Below are positions 25,413 through 39,449 of a DNA stretch of 64,000 nt, piece after piece. Within the stretch, counting starts at the first letter, position 1. Each line of letters opens with the position of its first letter. Origin of the DNA: Vicugna vicugna (Eukaryota); NCBI GenBank assembly GCA_013265495.1, contig MU058241.1, forward strand, positions 1,427,249-1,491,248. Reading direction: 5' to 3'. Below the pieces are notes generated by a model. It searched no databases, was not told where the DNA came from, and was given only the letters and a program-made list of their open reading frames with translations. Both the position numbers and the translations under genes were made by a program.

Positions 25413-27445
25413 TCAGGTCTGTATGTCACCCCCACCCCCACCGCCATCTTCAGCATGTGAGAATTTGTCTCTGATGTTGAATATCCATCTTCTGTCTGCC
25501 GGGTATGTCACAAATCCACGGATAAACCACGCTCATTTGAGTCTTCGGTTCCACTCAGCCTGATTAAGGGCTGAGGCTCCATCAACTTGCATATGCCAGA
25601 CGTAAGGCTAAGTGCTGGAGACTCCGAGCGAAGGAGTCTCGCCGTGGTGCCTTCCAAAGAACCCTCAGACTACACCCTCAGTCCTCCCTAATCTCCAGTG
25701 CCCCTACCGCCTCCCATGCCACTCACGAACGAGTCTTCCCTTGTCTGCTCTCCAGACCAAGCGTCATCAGTAAAGGGTATTTTTAAGACCAGTTCCCTGA
25801 CTGTGCATTACCAGGCCCCCACCAAAAGCAGCCTTACAATATACAAGTGCTGTCCTTGTTCAAATGGTCACACCAAGGAATATGAACAAAAGACTTACTT
25901 CTAAGAAGTATCCGGTTCATAAAAATTCTTGCATTTGCAGCACTGAGTTTTTAAAATGTCAGCATTTTTAATCTCTCCTCTGGGATAGCCGGCAACGAGA
26001 ATTCTCCATTTCTTCTCGTTAATAGACAGAAGGTCAACTGGGAGGCTCCTGTAGCCTGGGTTCCCCAGAAGAGGCCCTTGCGATGAAAAAGTGATACTTT
26101 CGTTCGGACTGAATCCTATAGAAGAACTTTGAAAACGGGAGGTGCCCGCAACAGGGTCAAGGGAGCTGAGCTACTTCCATTTATGCACCGTCCGTCATTG
26201 GAGAGAGGCTGCCCCTGGAGGAACCCGGATCCCCAGGGAACCCGTGACCTCTACGCACCCAAAGCAGCAACGTGCAACTCAGTAAGTAAAGCGGGATCTG
26301 GGGGCATGCCTGAAGTTCACTGACAGCATTTGCAGAGAAATTAATTCTAATAAAGTGCTACAGAAGCCCTGTGGGGGAGAAAACATGAAATACAATGAAA
26401 AGGAGCATCTAAAGAAAAGGCTGATACAACGAGTCTGCCCTGGCACTGCTCTGCTCCTTAATCAGAAAGATGAGAACGTGACCAAAGAGGGGACGCGCTT
26501 GGGTCACGTGACCGTTTGGTTTGCATCTCCAGGAATCTAAAAAGCAATGTTTCAACATCTGAAATAATTGTCACTTGATGGAGCCCTAAACCCTGCCTTC
26601 CTCTGCTCACTGCTCCTGTCCATCCAGACCCAGGAAGCTAGACGTAAAGCCAGGATCCGCCCCCTGGAGACTGACATCCACGACTCGGGTTAGCACTGCA
26701 GGCAGACACCGCTGAACCAGAGAGTCTCGGGAAACGGAAATCCACACACGTGCTCCAGCCAGAGGGTTAACTGGGTGCTGACTGAAAGGAACCCAGTGGG
26801 GTATGTTTGCAAGATCACGCATAATTTAACTTAACTTAGCAGGACCACGTTTTAATTTAATGGAAATGAATGAATTTGGGATATCCACTTACACGCAGGC
26901 TGTTCAAAATCACAGCAATACATCAGGCAACTGCTTAAACCTCAGCCACGCCCACCTTTTCTGTTAATAGCCGTCTCGACAGTTCACACTTCCAAGTAAG
27001 GGAAAATATAGCCAGTTCCCAAACCGCTTCCATTTCGGACCCTACCTCCAGCCATAACTGAGAAAGACTGCCCTGTGCGTACTCACAAGATCACAAACTG
27101 TTGGTATTTACTAGTGTTTTGGTGACCCTGAAGAACTTAAGGGGACGGAGCAGGGAGCTGGTCACAAAGATTTTCTCAGTAAATAAGCCAACAAAGGAGG
27201 AAAGCATTTAATGCTCTCGCCTGCTGTGGCAGAGCCAAGACATAGATGTTGTGTCAGGCACTAGCAGGACCTCGTTTTACGCAGGGAAGAGGTGTACAAG
27301 AATTCTCTTGCAGGATATGATGCCGCTGTGACTTTGTTCCAAGTTATTCTTCAAAAGGAATCAAAATAGTTTATCCTCCCAAAGATCCTTCAGAGGAGAT
27401 AGCTAAGACACAGAACTGAACGGAGTGGAGGATTTAAGAATCAAT

Positions 27446-27525
27446 CCATCCATCCTTCCTTCCTTCCTTCCTTCCCTCCCTCCCTTCACCTGTTCTCCTT
27501 CCTTCTCTCATTTTCTTTTCTCATT
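27446..27525. repeat. (ATCC)n/(TTCC)n polypyrimidine simple repeat
   Basis: catccatccatccttccttccttccttccttccctccctccctt read directly. Confidence 0.85.
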
Positions 27526-27649
27526 CTAATGGCATAATTGTAACTATAGAATTTCTGTAAGACACACAGGCATTACACAACCTTTCAACATATAAAAAGG
27601 CAACTGTGATAACATCAAAAGTAGAAGAACATACACTTCGGACTTAAGC

Positions 27650-28200
27650 TACGGGAGAGAAGTTACAACAGGGGCTACCCGGGGATTTGGGCAAGAAAGG
27701 AACGCGGGCGAGATCGTTTCTTCATCTGGGTGGATGTCACACACAGTCTTCATGAGACAAAGCTCACTGAAATGGACAACTAAAAGGTCTGCACTTTATC
27801 GTATGTATTTTAAGCATCACTACTAAGAGGAATTTTAAAAGCAGGTGCAGAAACGCCTCCTAGCGAGATAAACTCACAGCTGGCTCCTCCTTGTCGTGTC
27901 TGTGGGTGCCAGTACATATGTCTGTACGTGCGAGCATCCGTGTCTGTGTGGAAGTCCACGCCGCATTTTTAACCACTTTTCCCCGTGATTAGGAGTGTGA
28001 ACACTTGGCCGTGCGGTTTCTAGTCTTCCGCATTGTGCCTCCTAAAGACGACCGCATTCCATCGTGTGGTTGTTAACCATTCCTGGGTCGTAAGGCGTTG
28101 GCTACTTTCTGGTTCTGACCATGACACACCACACTCTCATGAACACCCGTGTAGTTTATTACACACTCAGTATGTTGCTGTCTTGTTGCAACGTATGAAA
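27650..28200. mobile_element. Degraded L1ME-like 3' fragments (plus strand about 27650-27820, minus strand about 27950-28200)
   Basis: tttcttcatctgggtgg..aaagctcactgaaatggacaactaaaaggtctgcactttatcgtatgta, and gcattccatcgtgtggttgttaaccattcc...ggctactttctggtt. Confidence 0.4.
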
Positions 28201-29775
28201 CATACGTTCTATGTTTTAGGTTGCCTGCCTTGATGAATCTTCTGAGGCCCCAAAAGAACGGGGGTAATCCTAAGATCAATGCTATTTTACACTGAATGTT
28301 GGAGAGAAAGCCACATTTTCATGTCATTCTTCGGTTCCTGAGTACCTGCTTGGTACCAGGCTCTTTGATGGGAGGAGGGGGAGGGGAAAGGAAGACTTCC
28401 AAAACAATCAGGACATGTCTCTGGGTCTACTGTGAACGCACGGGAGGGGAGTGGGCAGAGCAAGATCAGGGGACGTGATCTTGCAACAAGGCAGCTTCAA
28501 AACACACTGGACCTCATCAATCACCCCGTGCAACCTAAGACATCAACAGGAGATGCACCCTTCATTTATGCTGCTGCAGCATTTTGCTGGCTTTAACATG
28601 TCTGAAAGGGACGATTCCTCTGTCTCCCTTGAACCCAGCAGACCAGAGCAATGCCAGCTTCCAGCGCCGTGTTTGCTCAGCGTCTCAGAAACAAGGCCAT
28701 CTCTCAGAAGGACAATCCCATCCTTCCCCCACCAGCTCGGACCGAAGCTGAGAAACCTCGGACATGACAGAGACATGAAATTTGACACCAGATTAAAACA
28801 AAATCAGGTAGACTGTCTACAGTAAGAGTGTTAAGGACGATAATGAGGGATAAAGAAGCTCAGCCGTCTCCACAGGACGGGATCCCATGTTCAGGGTTCT
28901 TGTTTGATAGTTCACTCCTGCTCTCATACTGTTAACTAGCTTCAGCGTCTTGAATAAGCTCTTACAGAATTTACTAAACTGTCCCTGCAGAATTAAAGAT
29001 ACTACACAAAAAAAAAGAGTGTGACTCTCAGAGACAGAGTAAGCAGTCATTGATGACGGCGCTCTGTTTAGCTCAGTTGTGAATTCCTAACGTGCAGATC
29101 ATTTTTGAATGTTAATGTTTCCTCCCCCTTCACAGTGGGTTCCAAAGCAAGCAGTTTTGTTCTGACTGACGAACTCACGTTCTTTTTGTATTTCAGAAAG
29201 ACGACGTGATTTACTACAACTTACCCTCACTTTAGGCATTTCCAAGGACACAAGGAAACCCCTTTATGAGAGAGTGAATTTCTGACTGTGTTTCTACGGT
29301 GGGTAGAGGAGCAAGAATGTAGGAGAGTCAGAAAGTGCAGGGGAGAAATGAGCAGGTGGGCTCACAGCCCGCCACCTCCCCACCTACCAGAGAGACAAGC
29401 TTTACATTCTTCGATGTATCAACTGCATGCTGAAGAGATTTCAGTGCAGAATAAATACTGGAGGAAGAGTTCAGAAGTAGATTTGTCCTCTGAATTATTC
29501 CCTGAGCGGAGGGTCTAACTATGGGATTCTAAAGGAGATGAGGAAAGGGAATTTGCTTTCTGTGTTTATTTTGCTCTCAGATCTCCACTCATCACCCTGG
29601 ATCATCTCAGAGCACAGCAATGTGGGATATTAGGGTCACTGATTAGGACAAACACAGCTGGTTTTCAACCGGTTCCACGTGCTTGCTTGTCAAGTGCGGG
29701 TAGCGATGTCTGCCCCACATTTCTTTACAAGAGGTTGTAAACAGAACATAAAAACTAATTTTAAAAAGGTTTTAT

Positions 29776-29895
29776 GAATATGAAAATGAACATAAGTATG
29801 TTCATGTATGACTGAACCATTGTGCTGTGCACCAGAAATGGACGCAACGCTGTAAACTGACTCTACTTCAAGAGAAATGTATTTTAAAAAAGGCT
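29776..29895 (+). mobile_element. Very short LINE-1 3' tail
   Basis: gttcatgtatgactgaaccattgtgctgtgcaccagaaat..gtaaactgactctacttca, flanked by aaaaaggtt / aaaaaggct. Confidence 0.75.
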
Positions 29896-30749
29896 TATAT
29901 AAACTGTGAAGTACTGAGTAATGAGTGATGTACTTCAAACTAAATCCCAAAGAGCAGGCAGTAAATGGTTCTTCTCCCTCAGAAGCTGATGACATCGTGT
30001 CTCCCAGATTCTGCGTATTTTCATATTTTTGCACGAGGAGTCAAAAATACATATTCAAAGTATGCAGTGTTCAACTACAGAAGTTTTTTGAGACTCACTT
30101 AAAAGATGAGATGGCAACAGAAGGTGAGCCCCTGAGATGTTCCTAGAGAGGAAGGAATACACCAACTGGGATGGGAAAACATCTCCATGTACTAATGTTT
30201 CTTCCTCCAGTAACATTCCCACCTTCCCAGCGGCCCCATCTTCTGGCACCTCAGCCATCTGCAATGTGCTACAGGTTGTGAAATTTTGGGGAGACATGGA
30301 AAGAAATACCGGCTTTGCAAGACTTTCTCTAAAAGGGGGGCATAACTCTGACCCAACCCACAGACCACCAACAGGGGAATGTGTATGAAGTCTCTGATTA
30401 ATGATGCCGATAATCTCATTTCTCCAGTTAGCATTTCGCCAAGTCGCACAGGTTTGGCTAAGCATGACAGGAAAGGGAAGAAACAAGAAGCTCACGTATA
30501 TGTAAAGCTTAATAAGAAAGCACACTTACAAACGAGAAGAGCCTGCGACTGCCATGGTGCCTTGAAGGCGCCGGGCTGAGTAGAAGCAAGTCTTAAATAC
30601 CTCAGGAGATAGTCTAGAACATAAACATTTTGCAAAAAGGTTGAATTTCTGTAGTTTGCTGGCAAGATCACCTTGGAAATTCAACACGCATTGTCTAGAA
30701 AATTTACTTTTAATGAAAGTCCCCCCCTTTGCTGATGATGGAAGAAAAT

Positions 30750-31700
30750 CTTCTGTTCATTCATTTATTCAATAAGCATTTTTAAAAAGTATTGCTTATA
30801 TGAGGGGCAATCATTCCACAAGCTAGAGATGTAGCAATAGACAAAATGAGGCAGAAAGAGACAACACCCTCCCACTTCATGCAAATTACAACCATGCAGG
30901 TAATGCCACGTTCCCAGATTTTATTGAAAAAACAACAACAACTATTACTGATCTATTATCATAAAGATGTACCCCCTGTGAAAATTACGACTTCTCCTAT
31001 CCATTCTTTTTTTCTACTAAACATTCCTTACAGATGGCATCGGATTTCAGGGCTCTAATTACCATGAGAATCCCAAAACGTTTCAATCATCTCTCTAATT
31101 CCTGGCATCTTCTCCCCTCTACCCCATAGGAATCCCAAGTTCTCTATGTCCAACACGAAACTCATTTGCTTTCCCCTAGTGCAGACCCAGCTGACTTATC
31201 TTCTTTCTCTCTCAAGATGGACCCATTGGAAACGTCCAAACTCCGCTGCATCTCTCATGAGGGACATTCAGGCCTTCTCCATTCTATTCAGTATAAGATG
31301 CTCACATGCCTATGTTTGTATCTTTTTAAAACACAAACGCTAGCATGCACTGCTCTGCACAAGACCCCTCAATGACCCTGCATTTCCTACTTTGTAAAAG
31401 GCAAGCTCTCAGCATGGTTCACCAGCGCCTTGCATCACGTCTCCCCGCCTTTCCTCTCTCCTCACCTCCTCTTGGGTTCCCATCTGTGCCCAGTGCTTCA
31501 TCAACCACTCCCTTGCAGCTGCTACCTGTCTAAACAGAACGTCTGCTTATGCCTCTTTGCCCGCTCACAGGCACTCCTTGTTTCTGGAATGCCTTCCCCC
31601 TGCTCAGCTCAAAGAAGACTTCTTCTCAGGCTCCAAGTCCTGGCACCACTGTCTAGAAGGGTCCCAACTCATCTCAGCATCCCCCAGGTGTGGTCCCGCC
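30750..31700. mobile_element. LINE-2 fragments (minus-strand 3' end about 30750-30890, plus-strand body about 31090-31700)
   Basis: ttcattcatttattcaataagcattt; atgtccaacacgaaactcatt, caagctctcagcatggt and cactccttgtttctggaatgccttcccc. Confidence 0.55.
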
Positions 31701-34211
31701 CTCGCACTGAGGAGATGCCCTATTCAGTGAAGGCTGGCAGACACAAAGACCTGTACACAAACCATATTTTCAAGCCTTATGTCAAGGGGTATATACGAAA
31801 AGAAAATTGGTTATTCAAAGTAATATTCCAGCCTAGCTCATCTCAAAGCAGGTTTCTTGTGAAGAGTGAATCTCCCCATCAAGTAATTCCTCTGAAAAAT
31901 TTAAGGTCTCCTAAGTCACGCGGGCACCTGCATTCCAGAAACACTGAGGGTAAAAGTGCTTCGCCCTGCAGGTTTACTCCACTAGCACGTGCGGCAAGCT
32001 AGGAAGGTGCCTCCTCTGCCCTGGGGACCCTGCCCAGGCAAAGGAGGCCCACAGCGGGGCCAAGGAGGACACTCGGCTCCTCCTGTGGGCAGAGCAGAAG
32101 AAACAAACGAGCACGGAAGCACTAAGGAATTTACCAAGTGGGAGCACTGCTCACGGAGGCCAAATTCACATCTTAATTAAGACAAAACAAAACAAAACGG
32201 AAGTCTTTCCAAGTAGAGAGAGGCTGCTGGTGCCGGGAAGGAAAACAAAGCTGAGAAGCTTCCAACTTACAAGAGGCTGACGCAGATCTGACTTGTAAAT
32301 CCTCAGCACCTCGTTCCTCACTGGCCTCTTGGCTTATTCTGTGGGATGCTCATCTCCTAATGGAAATCTGTCCTTTGCATCTTAGGAAACCACTTGCTTG
32401 GTGGTTCCATGTATGGCTGACAAGTGGGATGTGGACAGAATACTGACTAAACTCTTGCTTTGCTGGTGAGAGAGGAAATGGTAGGAGGGATAATAAAAAC
32501 ACATAGACAATCAAAGACAAATGTTCCTCCAAACACGCAGATTTTAGAAAATATCTTCCTAGAAAACGATGTCTTAATTTGTCAGTGTTGAAAAAGAACA
32601 TAAAATACTCATCTGCTTCAATGAACTGCTCCATTATGAGCACATCTGGAGTTAAGAAAAACCTGTCCTGCCCACACGTACACAAAGCTATCTTAAGATT
32701 TGCATTCTGCCAGTCAATAACGCCTACACAGAACAGTAGAAAGTGTATGCATTCATGCCACCAGCAAACTCTGAGACTTCAAGCAACGCATTTGCCCCCT
32801 CTGGGATTTTGTCCTTCCTCTGAAAATAAAAAAGCGGTATTGGACCAGAATATTTAAGAGGTGCAAATTCTTAAGGCTGCCTACAGTGTTCAAGCAGGTG
32901 ATAGAAAGGAGTGTAAGGCGACAGGGAGTGGTGGAGCTTGTAGCAGACTGGAGAGTTCCTGCCATCGGTGTCAGACCTGCCAGGCGCCTCCTCTCAAAAA
33001 ATTGATTCCTACAACGGACAGTTCATATGCCCAAACAGAAGGTTTAACAGAGAAGAGGGAAGACGTGGTATTTGCTTCTTCACAAAGCATTCGACAGACC
33101 TTACTGCTGCTGTCAGTGCTACTGTTCATGTCATGGCAGCTTGGGGTGCAGGTGACACTATCCATTTTAGAGAATTTACTTAGAGAAGGATCTATTTGTG
33201 AGGAGAGAGAGAGCGCACAGTCTTTGGAAGGGATGCAAAAGGAGACCTGAAGATACATTTCCAAGACAATCTCCTAGAACCACGGTGAGGAACTGGTTTG
33301 ATAAAGGAGCAGCTACATTGCTCCATCAGTAAGCAACTCGTGAACCACGCTGCCGCAGTCAACAGAACACCACGCCTGCACCTTAACCACACGAGGCTAG
33401 AAATGGGTGTTCACTATATCGGTCGCTTGTTATACAGTCTGTGGGGCAAAGTCAACTGACAATGGGAGGATGTATAAAGGGAAGAGAGGATGCCTCAAAG
33501 ATTTTAAGCAGCCACAACCAGCACACAGGTATTAATATTGCTAACAATCAATCACTCACGGCCATTAACTTTAAGGCTGCAGATTTAAAGATGAACAATG
33601 CTGTGTTTTCCCGGGGAACTTTCGAAGAAAAATGACTGTCTGGGATGATCGTGAGGACGATTCTCATTTGTATCCTTGGGTAAATTACGTACCCCCGGGA
33701 ATTCTGTGGACTCGGTGTTTGGTACTCGCCCTTGAGAGAAAACCGCCAGATTGATAGCTGAAATCTTAATTGCAGTGCAGGCAATTAAGCTATGCTCTGA
33801 AACTTAAAAAGACTTTACAAGACAGAGAGGAATTTAAGACGTTTGCATTGGGAGTATTAATAAACTTAATGGGGGTGACCAAAGCTTTCCAACGACAAAG
33901 AGAGCCAAGAAATGAGAAGAAAAGGAGGAGGAAGCGGAGGAGGAGAAAGCAGTTTCTTTCTTTAGGGAAAATATAGAGGTGAGTGTTCAAATGACAACAG
34001 TTCGTTTTGGTTATATACGGTACTTCTTTTTTCCAAAATTGTGGATGCAAAATTCTTTGTTTTCACGTATATTTATAAAGCATGCAGTCAGTAGAAGCCC
34101 AGAAGGATCTTCTGTAAGCAAATCTTAAGAAAGCCTGAAATCTTCCCCCATCTGCCCTAGACCATGGTTGCTCTAAACTGGGGCTACGTGGCCGATGAAA
34201 CTCTGTTCTGA

Positions 34212-34515
34212 TCAGGGTTTCTCCCCCTCGGCAGCGCTGACTAGTCTCCAGCCGTCACTAGTCCTGTGCGTTTATTTTTTATTTAACCAAAGCAGAGCAG
34301 GTTTGGGCTGCCTATTTCTTTGCTCTGCTTGGGGGATTGGGAGCGGTGCCCCGTGGCAGGTACGATGTTTTGGCAACATCCCTGGCCTCCGACGACTAGA
34401 TGCCAGTAGCACCCAGCTCCTCCTCCTGCCAAATCCATCAACCAAAAACGTCTCCAGGTATCTTCAAGGGTCCCCAAGAGGGGGCAAGACTGCCCTCTTG
34501 CATTTGAAAAATCTG
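34212..34515. mobile_element. MER20 hAT element
   Basis: cagggtttctc.ccctcggca...gatgttttggcaacatccctggcctc...ctagatgccagtagcacc...caaccaaaaacgtctccag...gtcccc...ggggcaa. Confidence 0.8.
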
Positions 34516-36318
34516 TTCTCTAGATGTAAAGTCCGAGAAAAAAATCCTTCATCTTAGTATTACTCTGTTGTATCTAAAAACAGAAAGAATGAATAGGGTT
34601 TTTTTTTTCTTTTTTATGTTAAAGTCATTACAATATCCCTCCAAGAAAGACCTTTCCTTCAAACTGAGGAGGAGAGTCAGGTTCACCCTTTGGCTTCTCT
34701 GGCTAAGGGCGGTGCAGGGCACGCCTGTGTCCACTGCCCCCATCACCTTGCCACGACTCCTTCCCCAGCGATGGAGAGGGCCAGCAGCCTCCGCATCTTA
34801 CCATCTGCCTGCATCTAATTCACACAATTTCCTCCTGCAAAAATGCTCTCCCACGTTCAACAAGTGCCTAATTTCATTTTTATGATTTTTTTTTAGAAAG
34901 ACTGAACTCTTTAAAAACAAATCAGAAGACACACTGACAATACAAGATTAGATACTATTTTTTTTTTCAGATGACAGCGCTAGATTTCTCCTCAGGGAAC
35001 CAAATTACGTATATCCTTCCCAAGCACGCAGCCTGCAAGAGCGTCACGCCAAAGTGTGTCTTACAGCGAGTAAATCACTAATGCATTTACATTTTAAATA
35101 AACAGTGCTGCTGACACTACATGCCTTTGATCTTGGACGGGTACATTCTTTCTTCAAGGTCCTGGCTGGAATTGAAGATTATAATAATAATTTAAAAAAA
35201 AAAAAAGCCCACAGACTTAGGCAGACGTGAGCAAAAGAGCCGTTGAAAATAACGCAATGTTTTGTGTCTGTGTGGCATCTGGAGGGCGAGGGGGACTGGG
35301 CACAATTTATCAGGGAACCTATTTTCTTTTCTGAAGACATCATTCATGGCACTACTGAAAGAATTAATGCACACAATATCGGGCACCCTGGGAATTCCAT
35401 CGGCAAGTAATTAATTTCTTGCCTGTGCTAGGAGACCATTTGCAAGCTGTATGGAAGCCAAGTCTGTCCTCCGAAATCATTTTTTAAAGACTGGCTTACA
35501 GTTGTCACTCACTGTGATGTACACCGTGGGAGAGATCTATTTTATCTGACGTATTGGCAGCCGGCTGCAGGGCCGATCAATTTCATGCATTGCTAATAAG
35601 AAACAAACACGGCCCGTTGGCAAGGGGGCAATAGCTTCCTTGATTATTTCTAAGCCTCGCTGGGGTCTGCTCAAAGCCTGCAGTCCTGGGAGCCCTGGAG
35701 ATTGTTGGCTCTGAGCCCCCAGACCTGTCTGATCCGCAGTCACATAAAGACAGAGACAGTTTGCTTCTTCCTACAGGTCAGATTTCAGCGTGGTTTTTCC
35801 ACATTCTCGTAGGCTGCCTTTGCTGGAGGAATGGGCCGTGAGGTAATCATTATGCAGATGTAGCTGCATTGTGAAATTCTTACTTAATTCCAGAACTTCC
35901 ATAGTTTGAAAAATTTCCTGCCATTTTCCTCCTTGGTTGAGCAGTTTAGCAGCTACCAAAACAACAAATACCATTGGGAAGGACCAGAAAACCTCTGAAT
36001 TATAAACGTGTAACAGCCTTTAGTGGCAGGGATTACAGATTACACACCAAATCAACCACCATTACGTAAAACTAGATTTTCTCCAGTTTGGACGAGAAGA
36101 CCTTCCTGAATTTTCTCATGCACACTTGAGATACTTTCTCCCAAGACCCCCCACCTCTACCCCACGGGAACGTTGCTGTTCACATCAGAATCTAGGGCTT
36201 AGACATAACAAAAAATCACCCAGACGTCCTTCATCTGGTTCCAAATTATTATAGCAAGACTCACAGTCGACTTGTTTCCATTTCTTGTATTTCTTCACTC
36301 AAAAGCTAAGATTAAAGG

Positions 36319-36320
<2 letters not shown>

Positions 36321-36360
<40 letters not shown>
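36321..36360. repeat. (CA)n microsatellite, about 20 units
   Basis: Read directly. Confidence 0.95.
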
Positions 36361-36362
<2 letters not shown>

Positions 36363-36574
36363 CTATAGTTTACATCCATGGTCCACACCTCCTAGCTTTA
36401 CGGACCAAGTCCTCTGTTCCTGGACCCATCACCCCAGATCCACCCCTATCTTGTCCGTAATTAAAACCACTAATATGTCATGCCCCTCTTCCATTTGTAA
36501 GAGCCTTTAGTAACTTCTCATCCTTTTAGGATAAAGATAGAAATCCCTAACTGCTGCCCCACCCACCCCCAGGT

Positions 36575-36905
36575 GCTGCCCCAGGGCCTTTGCACATGAA
36601 GTTCCCACTGCCTGGAAGAACTGCCCAACCGTCCTCTCCCAACTAGACCAAGCTTCCAGAGGACAGGAAGCAGATCTGTCCCTTTCTCCCCTTTGTAATC
36701 TCAGCCATTACACCCATGGGGCCTGGCCGCAGGTAAGCACACGTACGTGTGCACAAGTGTGCACAAACGTGTACCTACTTAAGTGTGCACACACATACTG
36801 CAGGGAATTTTTCCTATGTCTATGCAATTTTCCTATCACATTTATCACCAAGAACAGTGTCTGGCACATGCTGTTTGACATTTGTATGTGGAATGAGTAA
36901 ATAGG
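36575..36905 (+). mobile_element. LINE-2 3' end
   Basis: cagggcctttgcacatgaagttcccactgcctggaa ... gaacagtgtctggcacatgc..gaatgagtaaat. Confidence 0.6.
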
Positions 36906-39449
36906 AGCTAATAAAATCACTTTTATTCTCAGAGTAAATGCTTGGAACACTGCTATCAAGTAAGACTGATCAGAGGTCCTCCAGGACCCCAGGGGCCTCT
37001 TCTCTCCACCTATCATCCCACAGCCAAGAGGGCCCTGTTACCTTGTTGCCCCCTTTGGTCCCCCTAATCATAAGAAATCTCACAAGGGCAACGGGGTATT
37101 TCAGAACCGCAATTCCAAATCGGCTTGTGAACATGCAAACACCACGGATGTTTCCTTGCCAAACTGGGTCACCGCATATGGCACCAGGAATGCTTATCAC
37201 TCCGCGAGTCCCACTCAGCACAGAAGTAGCATCCAAAAGGGGCGAGGAGAGGGGACACCAGCCCTCCCCCAAACATGGGCTGGGGGAAGAGGGTAAGGAT
37301 GGTGAGGCCCACGCTTGGGCATAAAATTTAAAGTGCATGAAAAACTCAGTCATTGAGATAAATATTTAATGAAATAGTTTTTAAAATAAGAATGAATGAG
37401 AAGCATACTCCAGTTTAAAAAAAAAAGAAAATTTAAACCCAGTTCTCTACCAAAATGATAGATAACAAAAATAAAAAAAAAATTTCTCTACTATTACAAA
37501 AAAAAGAATTAAAGCAAAGCATCCGTGATGAATAGAATATTGAAATTTGAGATAAAGACAACATCAGTATCACTGATTTTCCTTTTGCTTTAAGCTCCAG
37601 TTTGGCCACACATCACACATTATCCATCCTGTATTTATAATTTCGATGTTTTTTTTTATGGGTGTTCTACATGAATTTTCATTTGAAAATGCATTAAAAC
37701 AGTTGCCTTGATTACGAACTTAAACTTTGCATGAGACAAATGCCCTCTTAAGAAGTGTTCACTTCCTTTGCCTCATCCTAATCCAGCCCTGTCCCCAACC
37801 CCCGTGACGAATATCCTGTCACAAGCAACAGTAATTCCTCCAAAATTTTCCAGTACATTTAGAAAGAAATTCAATACTCCAAGAAAATACTCCTTCTTGA
37901 AAAAGAAAACAGCATAAACATGGAATGTGTCACAGTATACCTTAATGGTGTATTTTTTCCCGCAGAGAGTCTTGGAGTTTAAATCATCATTAACTAAGTT
38001 AAAACCTGAGTAAGTATTTTTTACAAGGATCTGCCTTGAATAATCCATTAAAGTAGGACTTGCCAAAGCAGGCTGCATGCCCGGGGTCGGCTGAGGAAGC
38101 AGTTTACACGCTCAGATAGGAGAAATTCTCATCTGAGAATAATGCACTTGAAGAAGCAGAATCCAGTCTTCTGGGAACCTATGTTAATGTTTAATAATCT
38201 TCCAAAACAGGGCAACTGGAGTTGAGCAGAAATTTCACTTTGCAGTGGTTTTTGTGAATTTTGAAAATGCTGCAATTTACAAACTGTCTAACCCAAAGCT
38301 GACCGAGACGCACACTCCTGAACAGGCTGGGACGTGCCCTTGGTTTGCTGTGTCTGTGTGTGTATGAGTGGACCCCCAGACCATCACTGCTGCCACTAAA
38401 ACCACTCCCCCCCCTCCCAACGATCGTGCCTGCAGCTTACATTAACTCCGTCTCTAAATCTTACAGCGTTTAGAGTCTTTAAGGCATAACTGCTGTTTCA
38501 CACGTGCGGGCCTGGATGCTCCAATTTTCAAGCACTTTGTGAATTAAAGGGTTTAAATGCTTTTATAGCCAACACATCTCAGTTTTAATATAAAGCGTTA
38601 AGGTGTTTACTGTAACATTAGTATATGATCTTTTAAACATTCCTATTTATTTTTAAATTGAGAACCCCCAGAATGTGAAATAAAAAGCCATGCATTACAA
38701 TATTTCTGTTTCCTTTCCTCCTGGTTAATGCACAAATCATTCTCTTAGGAACTGTATGGAATTGGAATTTGAAAAACCCACTGTGTGTGAGAATTTCACA
38801 GCTTTTTAACAGAAGGTAAAATTTTTTTTTCTCTTCTTGGCAGTCAAAAGGAATATAAAAACAGCAGATTGACTTTCTGGGCGTGATTGTCAGGATGAGA
38901 AAATGAGAGTCACATATTGTAGATGAGAAGGGAAAAAAAACCCAAATCTCATGAATCATGTAACATTCAAATGCTGAACTACTGAGACTTTGTCGCTGGA
39001 AAATACATAGTAAGCCAAAGTTGTGCATTTGACGTTCATCAAACCCTTTTACTCTCATTAACTCGGTAAACACTTGAGGTGGAACACCTCGTAAGTTCTA
39101 TGTGTTTTAATAATGCATTTCCCCATGTTCTATTTGGTAAAATAGGATGAATATTCTGAGCTGACTTGGAAGGTTGGCTCCAGGCTAGAAGGGTGTCCTT
39201 GGCTCCGAATTTACCCCTGGGCCAGGGTCCATAAAGAATAGAGCCTCAAACTTATAACTACAGGGCGGGTAATGCATGGCGCCTGGCCAGACTGGAGCTT
39301 ACGGCAAAAGGAAATCAGTGATACTGATGTTGTCTTTATTTCAAATTTCAATATTCTATTCATCATGGATGCTCTGCTTTAATTCTTTTTTTAACAGTAG
39401 AGAATAATGTTTTTTATTTTTGTTTCATGTCTGGGTTGCAGAGCCCCAC

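Noticed and set aside
25890-26120. Minus-strand 72-codon open frame (GFSPNESITFSSQGPLLGNPGY...)
   Set aside because: It ends in a stop just before the nearby donor, a second frame is almost as long, and the GNPGY resemblance to tectonic proteins is only five residues.
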